Source: Mobula hypostoma (Eukaryota). Taken from it: a DNA stretch of 64,000 nt. The notes below the pieces were generated by a model. It was not told the DNA's origin. It was given only the letters and a program-made list of their open reading frames with translations, and did no database searches. Shown here in pieces: positions 37,931 to 50,914 of the stretch (position 1 is the stretch's first letter; each line of letters starts with the position of its first letter). The translations under genes were made by a program, and so were the position numbers. The stretch is taken from positions 30,940,001-31,004,000 of the forward strand of contig NC_086097.1 in the NCBI RefSeq assembly GCF_963921235.1, in the 5' to 3' direction.

Positions 37931-40611
37931 GGGCTTGTTGGGCTAGGCCTGTTACTGCGCTATATCTCTCAATAAACAAATACACACATGATAATAAAAA
38001 AGACAAAAAGCAAAAACAAACAAATAAATAGATACATAAATAAATGGAAAGAGTGAAAAATGTGTTTATTTCAATATGCAAAGAAGGGGCAAGGATGAAT
38101 TGGATAAAGGGACAGTCAGAGAGTGATAAACAACAAAGAAGCTTCACTGCAGGGTGGTGGAGTATACCCATCAGGATGAATGGACAGAGATTAACTGAGC
38201 TAGTATCACAGAACTTTGTTGCCTCTATCCTAACTCTCACCGGGACCCATCATTTCCACACTCTAACCAACCTTGGTTCACAATTCACCAAAGACTTGAT
38301 TTAAAAAAAATATCATTCTTGCCTCAGCCCCACCCCAGAACACTCCACCTCATGGTGTTTCCTTCACCCATCTCCTCACCCCACCAGCGTTTCAGCTCCC
38401 GAAGCCTTGAAATTGGAAATCCCTGCCAAACCCACTCTCCTTCTTCAACATTACCTCTTGATTACATTCATGGTAGCCTTTCCCACCTCATTTGGACGAG
38501 TTAATCTGTGTTCACCCAAAGAGTTGTTAACATGTTAAAGATGCTTTACAAATGTAAGATGTTGTTGAGTAAGAAGGTATGATAGAAGATCCAGAAACTC
38601 AAGCGGCCACGGTTCATGGCCGTAATCAATGTCAAGTGTTCTCGAACATGGTATATGAAACATAGAACATAGACAAAGTGATGGAGAAACACAGCAGGTC
38701 AGGCTGCATCCAAATTACCAGTTGACATTTCAGGCTGAGACCTTTCATCAGGACCCTGTTCTATGGACACCGTTGAATAAACGTCGACAGTTTATTCCTC
38801 TCCATAGTTGCTGCCTGACCTGCTGAGTTCCAGTGGTGGTGGTAGAGGCAGATACATTAGAGACAGTCAAGAACACATGAATGATTCAAAAATGGAGGGC
38901 TATGTAGAAGGGAAGGGGCAGGTTGATCTGAAGAGAAGGTTAAAAGTTTGGTACATCACGGGCCAAAGGGGCTACTTTGTGCTGTACTGCTCTATGTTCT
39001 AATAGTGGGGTTGGAGTCGGCTCTGATAATAATAAACAGACTGAGGTGGGCAGCTTACTTGTGTTCCAAATAACTCTATGTGTAGTGTGATAACCTTGAC
39101 TTTGAACTTGGGGGCCTGTCACTCTGTGTGTTTTCTCACCAGCACGAGAAGTGAATGACTGAGCTCCACATTTTGTGAATTCATCCTTTATAGGCTGGTA
39201 GGAACGTCGATATTTCAGGTCAAGTCCCTTGGTCCAGGTCTGAAGGATAGAAGGGAGAAACCAGTATAAAGAGGTGAGGAGGTGGGGTAGGGCAGATGTA
39301 GAGGGAGTGATAGGCAGGTGGAAGAGGGGAGAGCGGGTATAGTGACAGGGCTGGGAGGTGATAAGTCAATCCAGATGAGGCGGTAGAGAATGGGAGGAAG
39401 CTGGGAGGCAACGAAGGACTGCAGATGGTGGGATCTGATAAAAGAGGCTCCTGTCTCTTCTGCAGTCTTTTATGCCTGGATTCATTTTTAGGGGCACTCT
39501 GGAAACTTGGCACACTGGGCTCAGATCTCTGTAGTGGAGAGGTTTGACCTCTGCAACTTTCATGCTTCTACGGCTGACCAGATCAAACGTAAATTTTCCA
39601 ATTCATGCTGACTTAACATTATTTCAAGTGCTGACTTTACAGCTGGATGCAAGGTTTCATATTTCACCCTGAATGTATTATATAGATTAATACTGTAACC
39701 AAGATCTCAGTGTCTTTTAATGAAGACTCAAATCTGAAAGAGTTGTGTGTTATTTTCATGCTCATGCTTTCCCGCTGGTGTCTGCAAGGAGTTTGTACGT
39801 TCTTCCTGTGACCGCGTGGGTTTCCTCTCACATTCCTAAGACGCATGGGTTAGGGATAGTAAGCTGGTGTTGGGTGTATGGTGACACTTGCGGGCTGCCC
39901 CCAGCACATTCTCAGACCGTGTTGGTTGTTGACATAAACGATACATTTCTCTGTAGCTATGTTTCAATGTACATATGACAAATAAGGCTAATCTAATTTT
40001 ATCAATATGGTGTTTGTGCTTTACTCACTGTGCCTGCCTCCACGGAGGCAGTGAGCCTTTCCTGAGGTCAAGCCCCATCACCTAACCCTTGTACCCACAT
40101 GTTAGCGATTATTCTGAGGTTATGGTCAGCATACTTACGGATTAACTAAATTGGGAGCTGGTCTTCAGGAAATAAAATAAAACCTGTACATATTTTAACT
40201 TTCAAATGAAACAAGATGTACAAGATGATAAGGGGCACAGATCGAGTGGATAGCCAGTTTGTTTCTCAGAGTGGAAATGGCTAAGATGAGAGGCATATTT
40301 TTAAGGCGATGGAGGAAAGTACAGGGAGGATATCAGAACTAGGGATTTTTTTACACAAATAGCGATGGGTGTGTGGAACGTGCTACTTGGATGGTGGTAG
40401 AGGCAGACACATCAGGGGCATTTAAGAAACTTTTAGATAGGTACATGGATGAAAAATGGAGGGCTATGTGGGAGGGAAGGGTTAGATTGATCTTGGAGTA
40501 GGTTCAAATGACATGTGCTCAAGGAGCTGTACTGTTCTCTTTTCTGTGATACTTTGTGTCCAGTGAAACCAATCATCGTGTGTGGGACAGTCTGGTTTTG
40601 TCCTATTATTC

Positions 40612-41280
40612 AAGTTCAAGTTTAATAGTCAACCATACACATGTATACAGCTAAATGAATCAGCGTATCTCCATGGCCAAGGTGCAAAACACAGTACATC
40701 CTGTCACACACTGCACATACAGTTACGATAGCACATTCAGTCACAAAAATAATATTAGCACGTCCCTGAGAGGCATGGTCTGAAGAATTGATGGTGAATG
40801 GGATATTGTCCTGAGAGCCATGTTTCTGCCTGAACAAGCAGGCGGCAGTTCCTCATTTCGTGCTGGAGAGCAGGCCTGCAGGGGCCAGGTCTCAACACAG
40901 CGTGGATTTCAGCATGCCTGCTGTGCCTCTCCTCTCCCACACCACTTTTGGAGGCTCCTCCCGAGTGTCTGTAACAGGCAACACCATGGCATGATAGCCT
41001 GGTCTGCATAACAACCTGAGGCATGTAGCTACCCCGCTGTTGGCCTCGCCAATGAACTGGAATTGCAGTAGTTCGGGTCTTGCGATCACAAGAGAAGTAT
41101 TTCAGACACATATCTGCACCATTTGCTGGTCCTAGACAGGCTGTTGCAACCAAGTGTGCTGCCATCTTACAGGAACCAGCACTGAAACTACATGGGAGAA
41201 TACAATGGATGAATCTTCCTGCTACTAGCACAATGAGAAAGATGTATTCCGGCCACATAAGGCACAGTCCAGGGCATACA
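40612..41280 (-). mobile_element. Unclassified non-autonomous retroposon (related copy at about 12390-13030 on plus)
   Basis: Shared (g/a)atcgcaagaccc...aactactgca segment and a (TTGAAC)n tail. Confidence 0.5.
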
Positions 41281-44195
41281 TAGACATAGAAACATAGAAT
41301 AGTACAGCATAGTATGGGCTCTTCGGCCCACAGTGTTGTGCCAACCCTCAAACCCTGCCTCCCATATAAGCCCCCACCTTAAATTCCTCCATATACCTGT
41401 CTAGTAGTCCCTTAAACTTCACTAGTGTATCTGCCTCCACCACTGACTCAGGCAGTGCATTCCACACACCAACCACTCTCTGAGTAAAATACCTTCCTCT
41501 AATATCCCCCTTGAACTTCCCACCCCTTACCTTAAAGCCATGTCCTCTTGTATTGAGCAGTGGTGCCCTGGGGAAGAGGCACTGGCTATCCACTCTATTT
41601 ATTTCTCTTGTTATCTTGTACACCTCTATCATGTCTCCTCTCATCCTCCTTCTCTCCAAAGAGTAAAGCCCTAGCTCCCTTAATCTCTGATCATAATGCA
41701 TACTTTCTAAACCAGGCAGCATCCTGGTAAGTCTCCTCTGTACCCTTCCCAATGCTTCCACATCCTTCCTATAGTGAGGTGACCAGAACTGGACACAGTA
41801 CTCCAAGTGTGGCCTAACCAGAGTTTTATAGAGCTGCATCATTACATCGCCACTCTTAAACTCTATCCCTTGACTTATGAAAGCTGAACACCCCATAAGC
41901 TTTCTTAACTACCCTATCCACCTGTGAGGCAACTTTCAGGGATCTGTGAACATGTATCCCGAGATCCCTCTGCTCCTCCACACTACCAAGTATCCTGCCA
42001 TTTACTTTGTACTCTGCCTTGGAGTTTGTCCTTCCAAAGTGTACCACCTCATACTTCTCCGGGTTGAACTCCATCTGCCACTTCTCAGCCCACTTCTGCA
42101 TCCTATCAATGTCTCTCTGCAATCTTTGACAAACCTCTACACTAACTACAACACCACCAACCTTAGCGTCGTCTGCAAACTTGCCAACCACCCTTCTACC
42201 CCCACATCCAGGTCGTTAATAAAAATCACGAAAAGTAGAGGTCCCAGAACAGATCCTTGCGGGACACCACTAGTCACAATCCTCCAATCTGAATGTACTC
42301 CTTCCACCACCACCCTCTGCCTTCTGCAGGCAAGCCGATTCTGAATCCACCTGGCCAAACTTCCCTGGATCCCATGCCTTCTAACTTTCTGAATAAGCCT
42401 ACCATGTGGAACCTTGTCAAATACCTTACTAAAATCCATATAGATCACATCCACTGCACTACCCTCATCTATATGCCTGGTCACCTCCTCAAAGAACTCT
42501 ATCAGGCTTGCTAGACATGATCTGCCCTTCACAAAGCCATGCTGACTGTCCCTGATCAGACCATGATTCTCTAAATGCCTATAGATCCTATCTCTAAGAA
42601 TCTTTTCCAACAGCTTTCCCACCACAGACGTAAGGCTCACTGGTCTATAATTACTCGGACTATCCCTACTACCTTTTTTGATCAAGGGGACAACATTCGC
42701 CTCCCTCCAATCCTCCGGTACCAATCCCATGGACAACGAGGACATAAAGATCCTAGTCAGAGGCTCAGCAATCTCTTCTCTCGCCTCGTGGAGCAGCCTG
42801 GGGAATATTCCGTCAGGCCCCGGGGACTTATCTGTCCTAGTGTATTTTAACAACTCCAACACCTCCTCTCCCTTAATATCAACATGCTCCAGAACATCAA
42901 CCTCACTCATATTGTCCTCACCATCATCAAGTTCCCTCTCATTGGTGAATACCGAAGAGAAGTATTCATTGAGGACCTCGCTCACTTCCACAGTCTCCAG
43001 GCACATCTTCCCACCTTTATCTCTAATCGGTCCTACCTTCACTCCTGTCATCCTTTTTTCCTTCACATAATTGAAGAATGCCTTGGGGTTTTCCTTTACC
43101 CTACTCGCCAAGGCCTTCTCATGCCCCCTTCTTGCTCTTCTCAGCCCCTTCTTAAGCTCCTTTCTTGCTTCCCTATATTCCTCAATAGACCCATCTGATC
43201 CTTGCTTCCTAAACCTCATGTATGCTGCCTTCTTCCACCTGACTAGATTTTCCACCTCACTTGTCACCCATGGTTCCTTCACCCTACCATTCTTTATCTT
43301 CCTCACCGGGACAAATTTATCCCTTACATCCCGCAAGAGATCTCTAAACATTGACCACATGTCCATAGTACATTTCCCTGCAAAAACATCATCCCAATTC
43401 ACACCCACAAGTTCTAGCCTTATAGCCTCATAATTTGCCTTTCCCCAATTAAAAATTTTCCTGTCCTCTCTGATTCTATCCTTTTCCATGATAATGCTAA
43501 AGGCCAGGGAGCGGTGGTCACTGTCCCCCAGATGCTCACCCACTGAGAGATCTGTGACCTGACCTGGTTCATTACCTAGTACTAGATCTAGTATGGGATT
43601 CCCCCGGTCGGCTTGTCCACATACTGTGACAGGAATCCGTCCTGGACACACTTAACAAACTCTGCCCCATCTAAACCCTTGGAACTAATCAGGTGCCAAT
43701 CAATATTAGGGAAGTTAAAGTCACCCATGATAACAACTCTGTTATTTTTGCACCTTTCCAAAATCTGCCTCCCAATCTGCTCTTCTGTATCTCTGCTGCT
43801 ACCAGGGGGCCTAAAGAATACCCCCAATAGAGTAACTGCTCCCTTCCTGTTCCTGACTTCCACCCATATTGACTCAAAAGAGGATCCTGCTACATTACCC
43901 ACCCTTTCTGTAGCTGTAATAGTATCCCTGACCAGTAATGCCACCCCTTCTCCCCTTTTTCCACCCTCTCTATCCCTTTTAAAGCACTGAAATCCAGGAA
44001 TATTGAGAATCCATTCCTGCTGTGGTGCCAGCCAAGTCTCTGTAATGGGCACTACATCATAATTCCATGTATGTATCCAAGCTCTCAGTTCATCACCTTT
44101 GTTCCTGATGCTTCTTGCATTGAGCTACACACATTTCAGCCCTTCTACCTTACTGTCTTTACACTATTTATTCTGCTTCTCTTTTCTCAAAGCCC
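41281..44195 (-). mobile_element. CR1 LINE, nearly complete ORF2 (endonuclease + RT) with few frameshifts (subfamily B)
   Basis: ITETWL, VIMGDFNFPNIDW, a 501-aa open stretch with SPGPDGIFP and [17 protein letters not shown], and a CR1 tail. Confidence 0.96.
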
Positions 44196-45717
44196 CTATG
44201 TCTTGTCATTTAATCTCCTGGCTAGTTGTATATTCATGGAGCCAGCCTTCACCCCTGGTGTATTTTTGGGTGTCTGGAGTTTATACTCAGAGACTTTTGG
44301 AACAGACACCAGTATTGAATATTCAAAGCAGTTCAGCTAGTGCTACCAACATACAGTATTCTGTATATATTCAAAAATTTAAATAGGTGATTATAGCAAT
44401 TGAAACTGTAGTTAATCATTTATCGATATCTTTGTGTGGAAGAAGTATAAATCTCAGAATCCTGAGATTTGCCTGGACTGGAGGTTTCCTAGTTTCCTAT
44501 ATTTCCTAGTTACTGTTTCTGTGTGGACCTCCCTGATGTGGAGATAATAGAGAGAACAGTGGAATAGTCTAGGACCAGAGGGCACAGCCTCAGAATAGAA
44601 GGACCTCCCTTTAGAAAAGAGATAAGGAGAGAATTTCTTTAGCCAGAGGATGATGAATCTGTGGAATTCATTGCCACAGATGGCTGTGGAGGCCAAGTCA
44701 TTTAAAGCATATGTTGAAAGGTACTTGATAAGTAAGGGTGTCAGAAGTTATGGGGAGAAGGCAGGGAAATGGGCTTGAGAGGTAAAAAAAAAATCAGACA
44801 TGAGCAAATGGTGGTGTATAAACAATGGCCCAAGTCTTCTATGTCTTATGGTTTCAATGACATGTCTGTGCTCTACACACTGTGCCTAACTCTATGACCA
44901 AGACCCAGCCTACGTCATTCACCTAACCCTCTGTATCCATGCCCACACACCACCAACCCTTGGCTGTGCACCATCCTCTAAGCCAACCTGTGACCTATGT
45001 TCCACCCACCAAGTCCATCAGATGCCACATCACTCTCCCTTAGGACAGGCCACTGCTATACAAGACTGACAGCGTTATCCGCAGTGACCTGGGCAATACC
45101 TACCCCCTCAATACCTACCCAGGAGGCTGAACCTGGGAGTACCATGGGTAATTTTAGTTACCCACACAGTAGGAAGGATGGGATTATGGTTTTATGGTCT
45201 TAAGCTGAAGAAGATGTCGAAAATATTCACAGGAATGTTCCCTGGGCTGGAGGGCTTGAGTTGTAAGGAGAGACTATATATATGCGGACTGTTTTCCCTG
45301 GAGGCTGAGGGGTGATCTTTCAGAGATATATAAAGTAATGAGGGGCACCGGTAAGGTGGATAGTCGGTCTTTTCCTGGGGGTTGGGGAGGCTAAAACTAG
45401 AGTGCAGAGGTTAAAGCTGAGAGGGAAGATTAAAAAGGGACCTGAGGGGCAAATTCTATACCCAGTGTGGAATGAGCTATTTAAGGTCATTTGAACAATA
45501 CATGGACAGGAAAGGTTTAGGGGTTGAGTGTAGATAGGAACCTTTGTCATCATGGACCAGTTGGGCTGAAGGGCCTGATCCTTATAAATTTTGACACCTA
45601 CATCACCTCAAGAACTATACTCTACAATGGACTTGTCTTTGATTGTGTCTTTGTTTTTTTAGAACTTAGAACAGGACAGCACAGTACAGGCCCTTCAGCC
45701 CATGCTGTGCCAACCTA

Positions 45718-46470
45718 TATAGAAACATAGAAAATAGATGCAGGTCATCCACTTTGGTGGCAAGAACAGGAAAACAGATTATTATCTGAATAGTGGCCGA
45801 TTAGGAAAAGGGGAGGTGCAACGAGACCTGGGTGACATTGTACACCAGTCATTGAAAGTGGGCATGCAGATACAGCAGGCGGTGAAAAAGGCGAATGGTA
45901 TGCTGGCATTCATAGCAAGAGGATTCGAGTACAGGAGCAGGGAGGTACTACTGCAGTTGTACAAGGCCTTGGTGAGAACACACCTGGAGTATTGTGTGCT
46001 GTTTTGGTACGATTATGGCTGATCATCCAACTCAGAACCCTGTACCTGCCTTCTCTCCATACCCCCTGATCCCTTTAGCCACAAGGGCCATATCTAACTC
46101 CCTCTTAAATATAGCCAATGAACTGGCCTCAACTGTTTCCTGTTGCAGAGAATTCCACAGGTTCACCACTCTCTGTGTGAAGAAGTTTTTCCTCATCTCG
46201 GTCCTAAAAGGCTTCCCCTTTATCCTTAAACTGTGACCCCTCGTTCTGGACTTCCCCAACATCGGGAACAATCTTCCTGCATCTAGTCTGTCCAATCCCT
46301 CTAGAATTTTATACGTTTCAATAAGATCTCCCCTCAATCTTCTAAATTCCAGAGAGTACAAGCCTAGTCGATCCAGTCTTTCATCATATGAAAGTCCTGC
46401 CATCCCAGGAATCAATCTGGTGAACCTTCTTTGTACTCCCTCTATGGCAAGAATGTCTTTCCTCAGATTA
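45718..46470. mobile_element. Rearranged CR1 (minus tail / plus RT segment / minus 3' segment)
   Basis: Plus 45745-46007 encodes VIHFGGKN...HLEYCVLFW. Minus 46008-46470 encodes the directly following IPGMAGLSY...KAGTGF*. Confidence 0.85.
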
Positions 46471-47689
46471 TATATAAATCTAATTCACAATCAATCTAAC
46501 TCTTCACTTCTACACTGCGTATAACCTTCCATTTTACTTTCATCCATGTGTCGAAGAGTCTCCTAAATGTCCCAAATGTAGCTGTCTCTATCACCATGCC
46601 TGGTGCATTCCACATACCCACCACTCTGTGTAAAAACACCCCCTATATTTTCCTCCAAACACCTTAAATGGGTGCCCTCTGATATACAGCTTATATATTC
46701 ACTGAGATACAGCCCTTATTCCCCTTCGAGCCACACCGCCCGGCAATCCCTCAAATTAACCCTGGCCTAATCACGAGACAATTAACCTTTCATCCAGTAT
46801 GTCTTTGGACTGTGGGAGGAAACCAGAGCACCTGGAGGAAACCCACACAGTCACGGGGAGAACATGAACTCCCTACAAGCAGCAGTGGTAATTAGTACCA
46901 TACTATGAAGCGTTGTGCTAACCACGCTGCTACCCTGCCACCCTGAATAAAAGTGCCGTCCGTTCACCCTATCTATGCCTCTTATCATCTTTCCTATAGT
47001 TTTTGTTGAACTGACTGCCCTGGACATCTTTAACCTTGTTCTAGCACCTCTTTTCCACAGAATAACATAATTTTTACTATAATTTTATGTATAATTCATG
47101 CATTATTTACATTCTGTATATTGTCTGTACCTATGTGCTTGTGACGCTGCTGTAAGCAAATTTATCAATGAAAGCTCAACCTCCCTGTACCTGTGTCCAT
47201 GACAATAAACTCCACCTAACCCAGTCTGATTGTGGGCCCCCAGAGGGCTCGGTGGGTGCTGCACATTCTGTCTTACTGCAGGAAAAAAATGTGGGTGGAG
47301 TGGCAATGTATCAAGTTAATGCAAGGCTTTACAGTGCCAGCGATTGGGGTTCAATTCATGCCACTGTCTGTAAAGACTTTGTACGTTCTCCCCATGACCA
47401 CGTCTGTTTCCTCCGGATACTCTGGTTTCCTCCCACATTCCAAAGTTGTACAGTAACATACTGTCATGCAAATAAAAGTATTACTCCGACAACAAACACA
47501 CAGAGGACAGATACACTACATTGAGAAATTGCACGGCATCAGGGATAATCAGAATGGGATAAGTAGACTGTGGGAAGTACACAGCCCCTGAAATAAATGT
47601 GTGGCACTGAGGGTCAGGGAGCTGCAGCTGCAATGTATGCACTGGCGATGATGGTTTTCCACTGGTGGTGAATGCACTGCACTGCAGAA

Positions 47690-47855
47690 ACTACACTGAT
47701 GGAAATACACAGACTGGGGACAAACACTGGGGGTAAATACACTGGGGACAAACACATAAGAGGTAAATACACTAAGGGTAAATAGATGGGGACAAATGCA
47801 CTGGAGGTAAACACACCAGGGACAAACACACTGAGGGATAAATGCACTGCACTGG
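47690..47855. repeat. About 19-20-bp degenerate tandem repeat
   Basis: Units aaa(t/c)acactgggg(g/a). Confidence 0.75.
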
Positions 47856-48672
47856 AGATGATCAAATGGTGGAGCAGAATCAGTTGTCTGAATTGCCGAA
47901 TTCTGCTCCTATGTCTTATGGTCTTAAGTTAAAAAGTCGGTAATTACATCCCTGTAAATAAACAGAACATATTCCAAGTAACACAGCCTGGTGACTCCAT
48001 AAATAGGTAGCAATTTATACAGAGCCCAAAGGTTTCCTCCTCCTGACGAGTTTGAGAGGCGGAGCCCCAGATACAGTACAATTCCAGCACAATAATTCAA
48101 CATTTCCCTCCTTTAGCGCGTACTTCGGGACTGGAGTTTGGACCCTTGGCAACCACGTACTTCACAGTTCTGATCTCTCTTCGGTCTGCTCTTCCTGAAG
48201 GCCACTGGCTCACCTCCACATAGAGGCACTCTGCAGCATCAGGCACAGGGGGGTGCGGAGACCTCTGTCCCTTGCATTGGCGCTTGAGGTATTCCCTGGG
48301 TTTTCAATAGGCCAACCTGTCTACTCTCACCACTCCCACTCTCGCACCTCTGCTCCACAGAATGTTAACCGTACAGGAATAGAAAACTAAATTATTCAAA
48401 TTAATGGTAATAAATAGGAGCTTCTGTACAAAAATAAACTAAAAGAAAATCAAAAAGCCTTAGGTGGTCACTTCACTTTCCGAACAGGTAGTCAGTCCTT
48501 CAGTGGTGAGTGCAGGTGAGGTGCCAATGTTCCGGACCAGCCAGTGACAACACTTCCTTGTCACCGGAGGGGGGGAATACCGCCAACAGACCCTCTCCAC
48601 CCAACGCTCGGGGGGATCTTCCCACTTTCCTTGCAGATTCTGAGACTTGCGTGGGGAAGGTGCCGACTAGCT

Positions 48673-48710
48673 TTAGAATCCCTCTTCGTCCTCCACTTCA
48701 AAACCGTAAT
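48673..48710 (-). CDS. BRF1: BRF1 last coding exon (followed by 3' UTR toward lower coordinates)
   Basis: Acceptor ttttttctgtctctttcattcaag. A phase-1 junction with the previous exon gives (G)AT TAC GGT TTT GAA GTG GAG GAC GAA GAG GGA TTC TAA = DYGFEVEDEEGF*. Human BRF1 ends DYGCDGDEDDGY* (from memory). Poly(A) site not located. Confidence 0.88.
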
Positions 48711-50206
48711 CTTGAATGAAAGAGACAGAAAAAAAGATTAAAATATTAGGTCTATTTGTCAAATGTACAATGAAACCTTCAGTGAAATGCAACATTTACA
48801 TTGCATCAAATCAGCGAGGAATAGCTGAGACATCCCGTTAGTGTTGTCACGCTTATGGTGCCAAATTGCATGCCCTCAACATACTAACCCAAACTTGCAT
48901 GTCTTTGGAATGCGGGAGGAAACTAGGGCACCTGGAGGAAACCCCAGGCAGGAAGAACATACAAACTCCTTACAGACAGCCGCAGGAACTGAACCCTGAT
49001 CTTACAGCTTGTGCTGTAAAGCACTGCCCTACCATGCCACCTCAAACTAGGAGTGTTTCAGCACTCAAAACTGAAGGTGATCTTTACGTTATTCCTCAGG
49101 TAATATCTCAGCCTCCATCACTCCCCAGGACACTTTCAGGCCCTTACAAATCTCCAGAATGCTGTAACCTGCTCTACATTCTACACCCCTCTCTAGCCCC
49201 ATCCTTTAGAACTATGTAGAGACCCTTTGGCCCACAATGTTGTGCCAACCTTTTAACCTGCTCTAAGATTAATCTAACCCTTCCCTCCCACATAGATCTC
49301 CATTTTTCTTTCAGCCTTGCATCTTACTAAGAGTCTCCTAAACATCCCTGCTGCATCTGCCTCTACAACAGACCTGGCAGCATGTTCCATGCACCCACTA
49401 CTCTTGATGTAAACAAGCTACCTCTGACATCCCCTCTATACTTTCCTCCAAACACCTTAAATGTATGCCCCTCATATTAGCCATTTCCATCTTGGGACAA
49501 AGTCTCTGGCTATCCACAATCAATGCCTCTTATTATTGTGTACATCTCTATCACATCAACTTTCATCCTCCTTTGCTCCAACGAGACCCTCTATAACCTC
49601 CCCCAGCTCCTTCATCTCTCTCTGCCTCCTCCAGGCACTAGTCATAGACAGAGCATAAAAGAAGGCCATTCGGCCCAATTAGTCTGTGCTGACCATTGAC
49701 CTCTCCTTTACGTAAATCCCACATTAATCCCATTTTCCAATTCTTCCTACATTCCCATCAATTATCCTCAGATACTACCACCCACCCACTCATTAGGAAC
49801 AAATTACAGTGCACATTAACCCAGATATCTTTGGGGTGTAGGAGAGACCCAGAGCACTTGGGGGGAGAGAAATCCTGTCACTGGGCCAATGTGCAAGCTC
49901 CACACAGACAATGCATGAGGTCGGGATTGAACTGGGGTCTCTGGTGCCATGACGCAGCAGATCTATCCATTGTGGTGTCACTCACCATCTCCACAGCCAC
50001 TTCCAGCCCTTGCGTCACATCCTTCCTGTGACCTCCTTCGACTGTAGAACCTCCCAGTGCCCACACACCTCACACCCCATCTCTCCCTATCTCCATAACC
50101 ACCTCCAGCCCCCACATTCCTCACCGAGAACATAATCCTTATTAGGTTGTTGTCCAACAAGCCCCATCAATTGCCCTTATCATTCCAAACTCTTGTCAGC
50201 ACCCAC

Positions 50207-50375
50207 CATTGCCACCGATCAGCTGGAGGGCACTGAGGCAGTTTTCCTCTTCCTCCTCCAGATCCTCCTCCTCCTCGACCTCTTCCTCATTGTACACCAC
50301 GGGTCCACTCTCCACCAGCACGGCCACTGATGGGGCGGCCTGAGCATCAGCAGGTATTGAGTCAGAAGACGGAGC
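50207..50375 (-). CDS. BRF1: BRF1 (RNA polymerase III transcription factor TFIIIB 90 kDa subunit), penultimate coding exon
   Basis: Minus-strand acceptor ctgtgtctcccgcag and donor G/gtgggt. The 169-nt exon (phase 0 to phase 1) translates [56 protein letters not shown]. This matches the vertebrate BRF1 C-terminus as I recall it (human ...[11 protein letters not shown]...EEDGEPCVSALQMMGSN). Confidence 0.88.
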
Positions 50376-50914
50376 CTGCGGGAGACACAGATATCAGTGA
50401 TGAATCCCCATTTCTACATCCCAGCCGATCAAATCATATAACGTGTGAACCATTTAGAGTCATTGAATCATGGAGCACTACAGCACAGAAACAGGCCCTT
50501 TGGCCCATCTAGTCCATGCCGAACTGTTATTCTGCCTAGTTGCATAGACTTGCACATGGACCACAGCCCTCCATACCCCTCCCATCCAAATACCTACCAA
50601 GCTTCTCTTAAATATTACCATCGAATCCGCATCCACCATTTACACTGGCAGCTCGTTCCATACTTGCATCATCCTCTGAGTGAAGAAGTTCCCTCTCAGG
50701 TTCCCCTTAAATATTTCAACTTTCACTCTTAACCTATGGCCTCTGGTTCTAGTCTCACCCAACCTCGGTGGGGGAGAAAATGCTTGCATTTATCCTCTCT
50801 ATACCACTCACAGTTTTGTATACCTCTATCAAATCTCCCTTCATTCTCCTACACTCCAGAGAATAAAGTCTTAACCTATTCAATCTATCTCTATAGCTCA
50901 GGTCCTCAAGTTGA

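Noticed and set aside
42146..43651. 501-aa ORF as a functional or domesticated gene
   Set aside because: It is part of a CR1 ORF2 with frameshifts on both sides and no ORF1.
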